From a candidate division FCPU426 bacterium (GTDB taxonomy: Bacteria; Oederibacteriota; JAAXVQ01; JAUVAV01), in NCBI GenBank assembly GCA_030637655.1, contig DAOWGI010000069.1:1-18303 (forward strand): 18,303 nt of DNA. The letters are read 5' to 3'. Shown here piece by piece: positions 17,738-18,303 of this stretch (its first letter is position 1; each line of letters begins with the position of its first letter). The notes beneath the pieces are model-generated. The model was given only the letters and a program-made list of their open reading frames with translations, had not been told where the DNA came from and searched no databases. Position numbers and translations under genes: made by a program.

Positions 17738-18303
17738 ATTAAAAAAACGGATGTAGCCCAGTTTGCCGCCCGCTTGAATGCATTCGGTGAAAAAATCAAC
17801 CGTAGGGGCGGGGTTTCCCCGCCCACAAATAGTAGGGGCAGGGTTTACCCTTGCCCTGATTTTCGTTTTAATCCGGAAACATTTCAACAATCAGGAGAGA
17901 AGTTCCGGCAAATAGCGCAGGATCAAGCTGAATATTTTATCGACGCGCAAAAGACCTTGAATATGCATCGCAAGCTGACAGAAATTCAAGCAGTGCAACA
18001 GCAGGCTACGGATATGCTCCGGCAAAAAATACAAAAAACCACACAACTTGCACAGCTACGAGGATGTGTGACCCAAGTCAAAGCTGTGGAAAATACTCTG
18101 GCACGTGTGCAAGAGAGTGAAACTCAGCTTGTGCAAATGGACATGCGGGAAACACGGCTTCTCGGTTTGCAGAAAAAGACTAAGGAATATCATGACAACC
18201 TGCGGATTTTAGGGAAAAAATTATCCGCATTACCGGAACCTGTGCAAAAAGAATGGAAACATTTGGAAGCCAAAGCACAGGCAGCAGGCAAGGATTTTAT
18301 TAC
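17738..18303 (+). pseudogene. In-frame continuation of the 15398 ORF past a single TAA (3'-partial; runs off the window)
   Basis: Manual translation gives 188 stop-free codons: IKKTDVAQFAARLNAFGEKIN...KLTEIQAVQQQATDMLRQKIQKTTQLAQL...EWKHLEAKAQAAGKDFI, with the same coiled-coil composition. Confidence 0.7.
17802..17857 (+). repeat. Two GTAG REP-like hairpins in the continuation frame
   Basis: GTAGGGGCGGGGTTTCCCCGCCC (17802-17824) and GTAGGGGCAGGGTTTACCCTTGCCCT (17832-17857). Confidence 0.87.

Noticed and set aside
15398-18303. RAYT/IS200 transposase, integron cassette array or DGR explaining the repeats
   Set aside because: No HUH-Tyr transposase, integrase or reverse transcriptase motifs seen; the repeats lack attC-type ends and sit within one continuous frame.

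Overview
Bacterial (diderm) chromosomal window. The core is a complete F1F0 ATP synthase operon (atpZ-like, atpI, atpB, E, F, H, A, G, D, C; 6836-14099), apparently headed by a DUF151/bifunctional nuclease gene under a sigma70-like promoter. Upstream are an acidic membrane-anchored protein, a minus-strand PAP2 phosphatase + OprO/OprP-like porin pair, a PhnP-like MBL hydrolase, a CsgG-like lipoprotein and an AMMECR1 (AmrA) protein. Downstream are a PorV/PorQ-like barrel, a strong terminator and a large putatively secreted gene (15398 onward). That gene is the unusual part. It has an alpha/beta-hydrolase-like domain lacking the catalytic Ser and a long coiled coil. It carries nine GTAG-tagged REP-like elements of several sequence types read as protein, none in the phase that would give a TAG stop. 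A single TAA at 17735 interrupts it, after which the same frame stays open to the window end, and an 18-codon leader ORF overlaps its start (ATGA). Other REP-like palindromes are intergenic (1785, 4854, 12133). No RAYT transposase, RNA gene or CRISPR array is recognisable. All family calls come from motif recognition by eye, not database searches.
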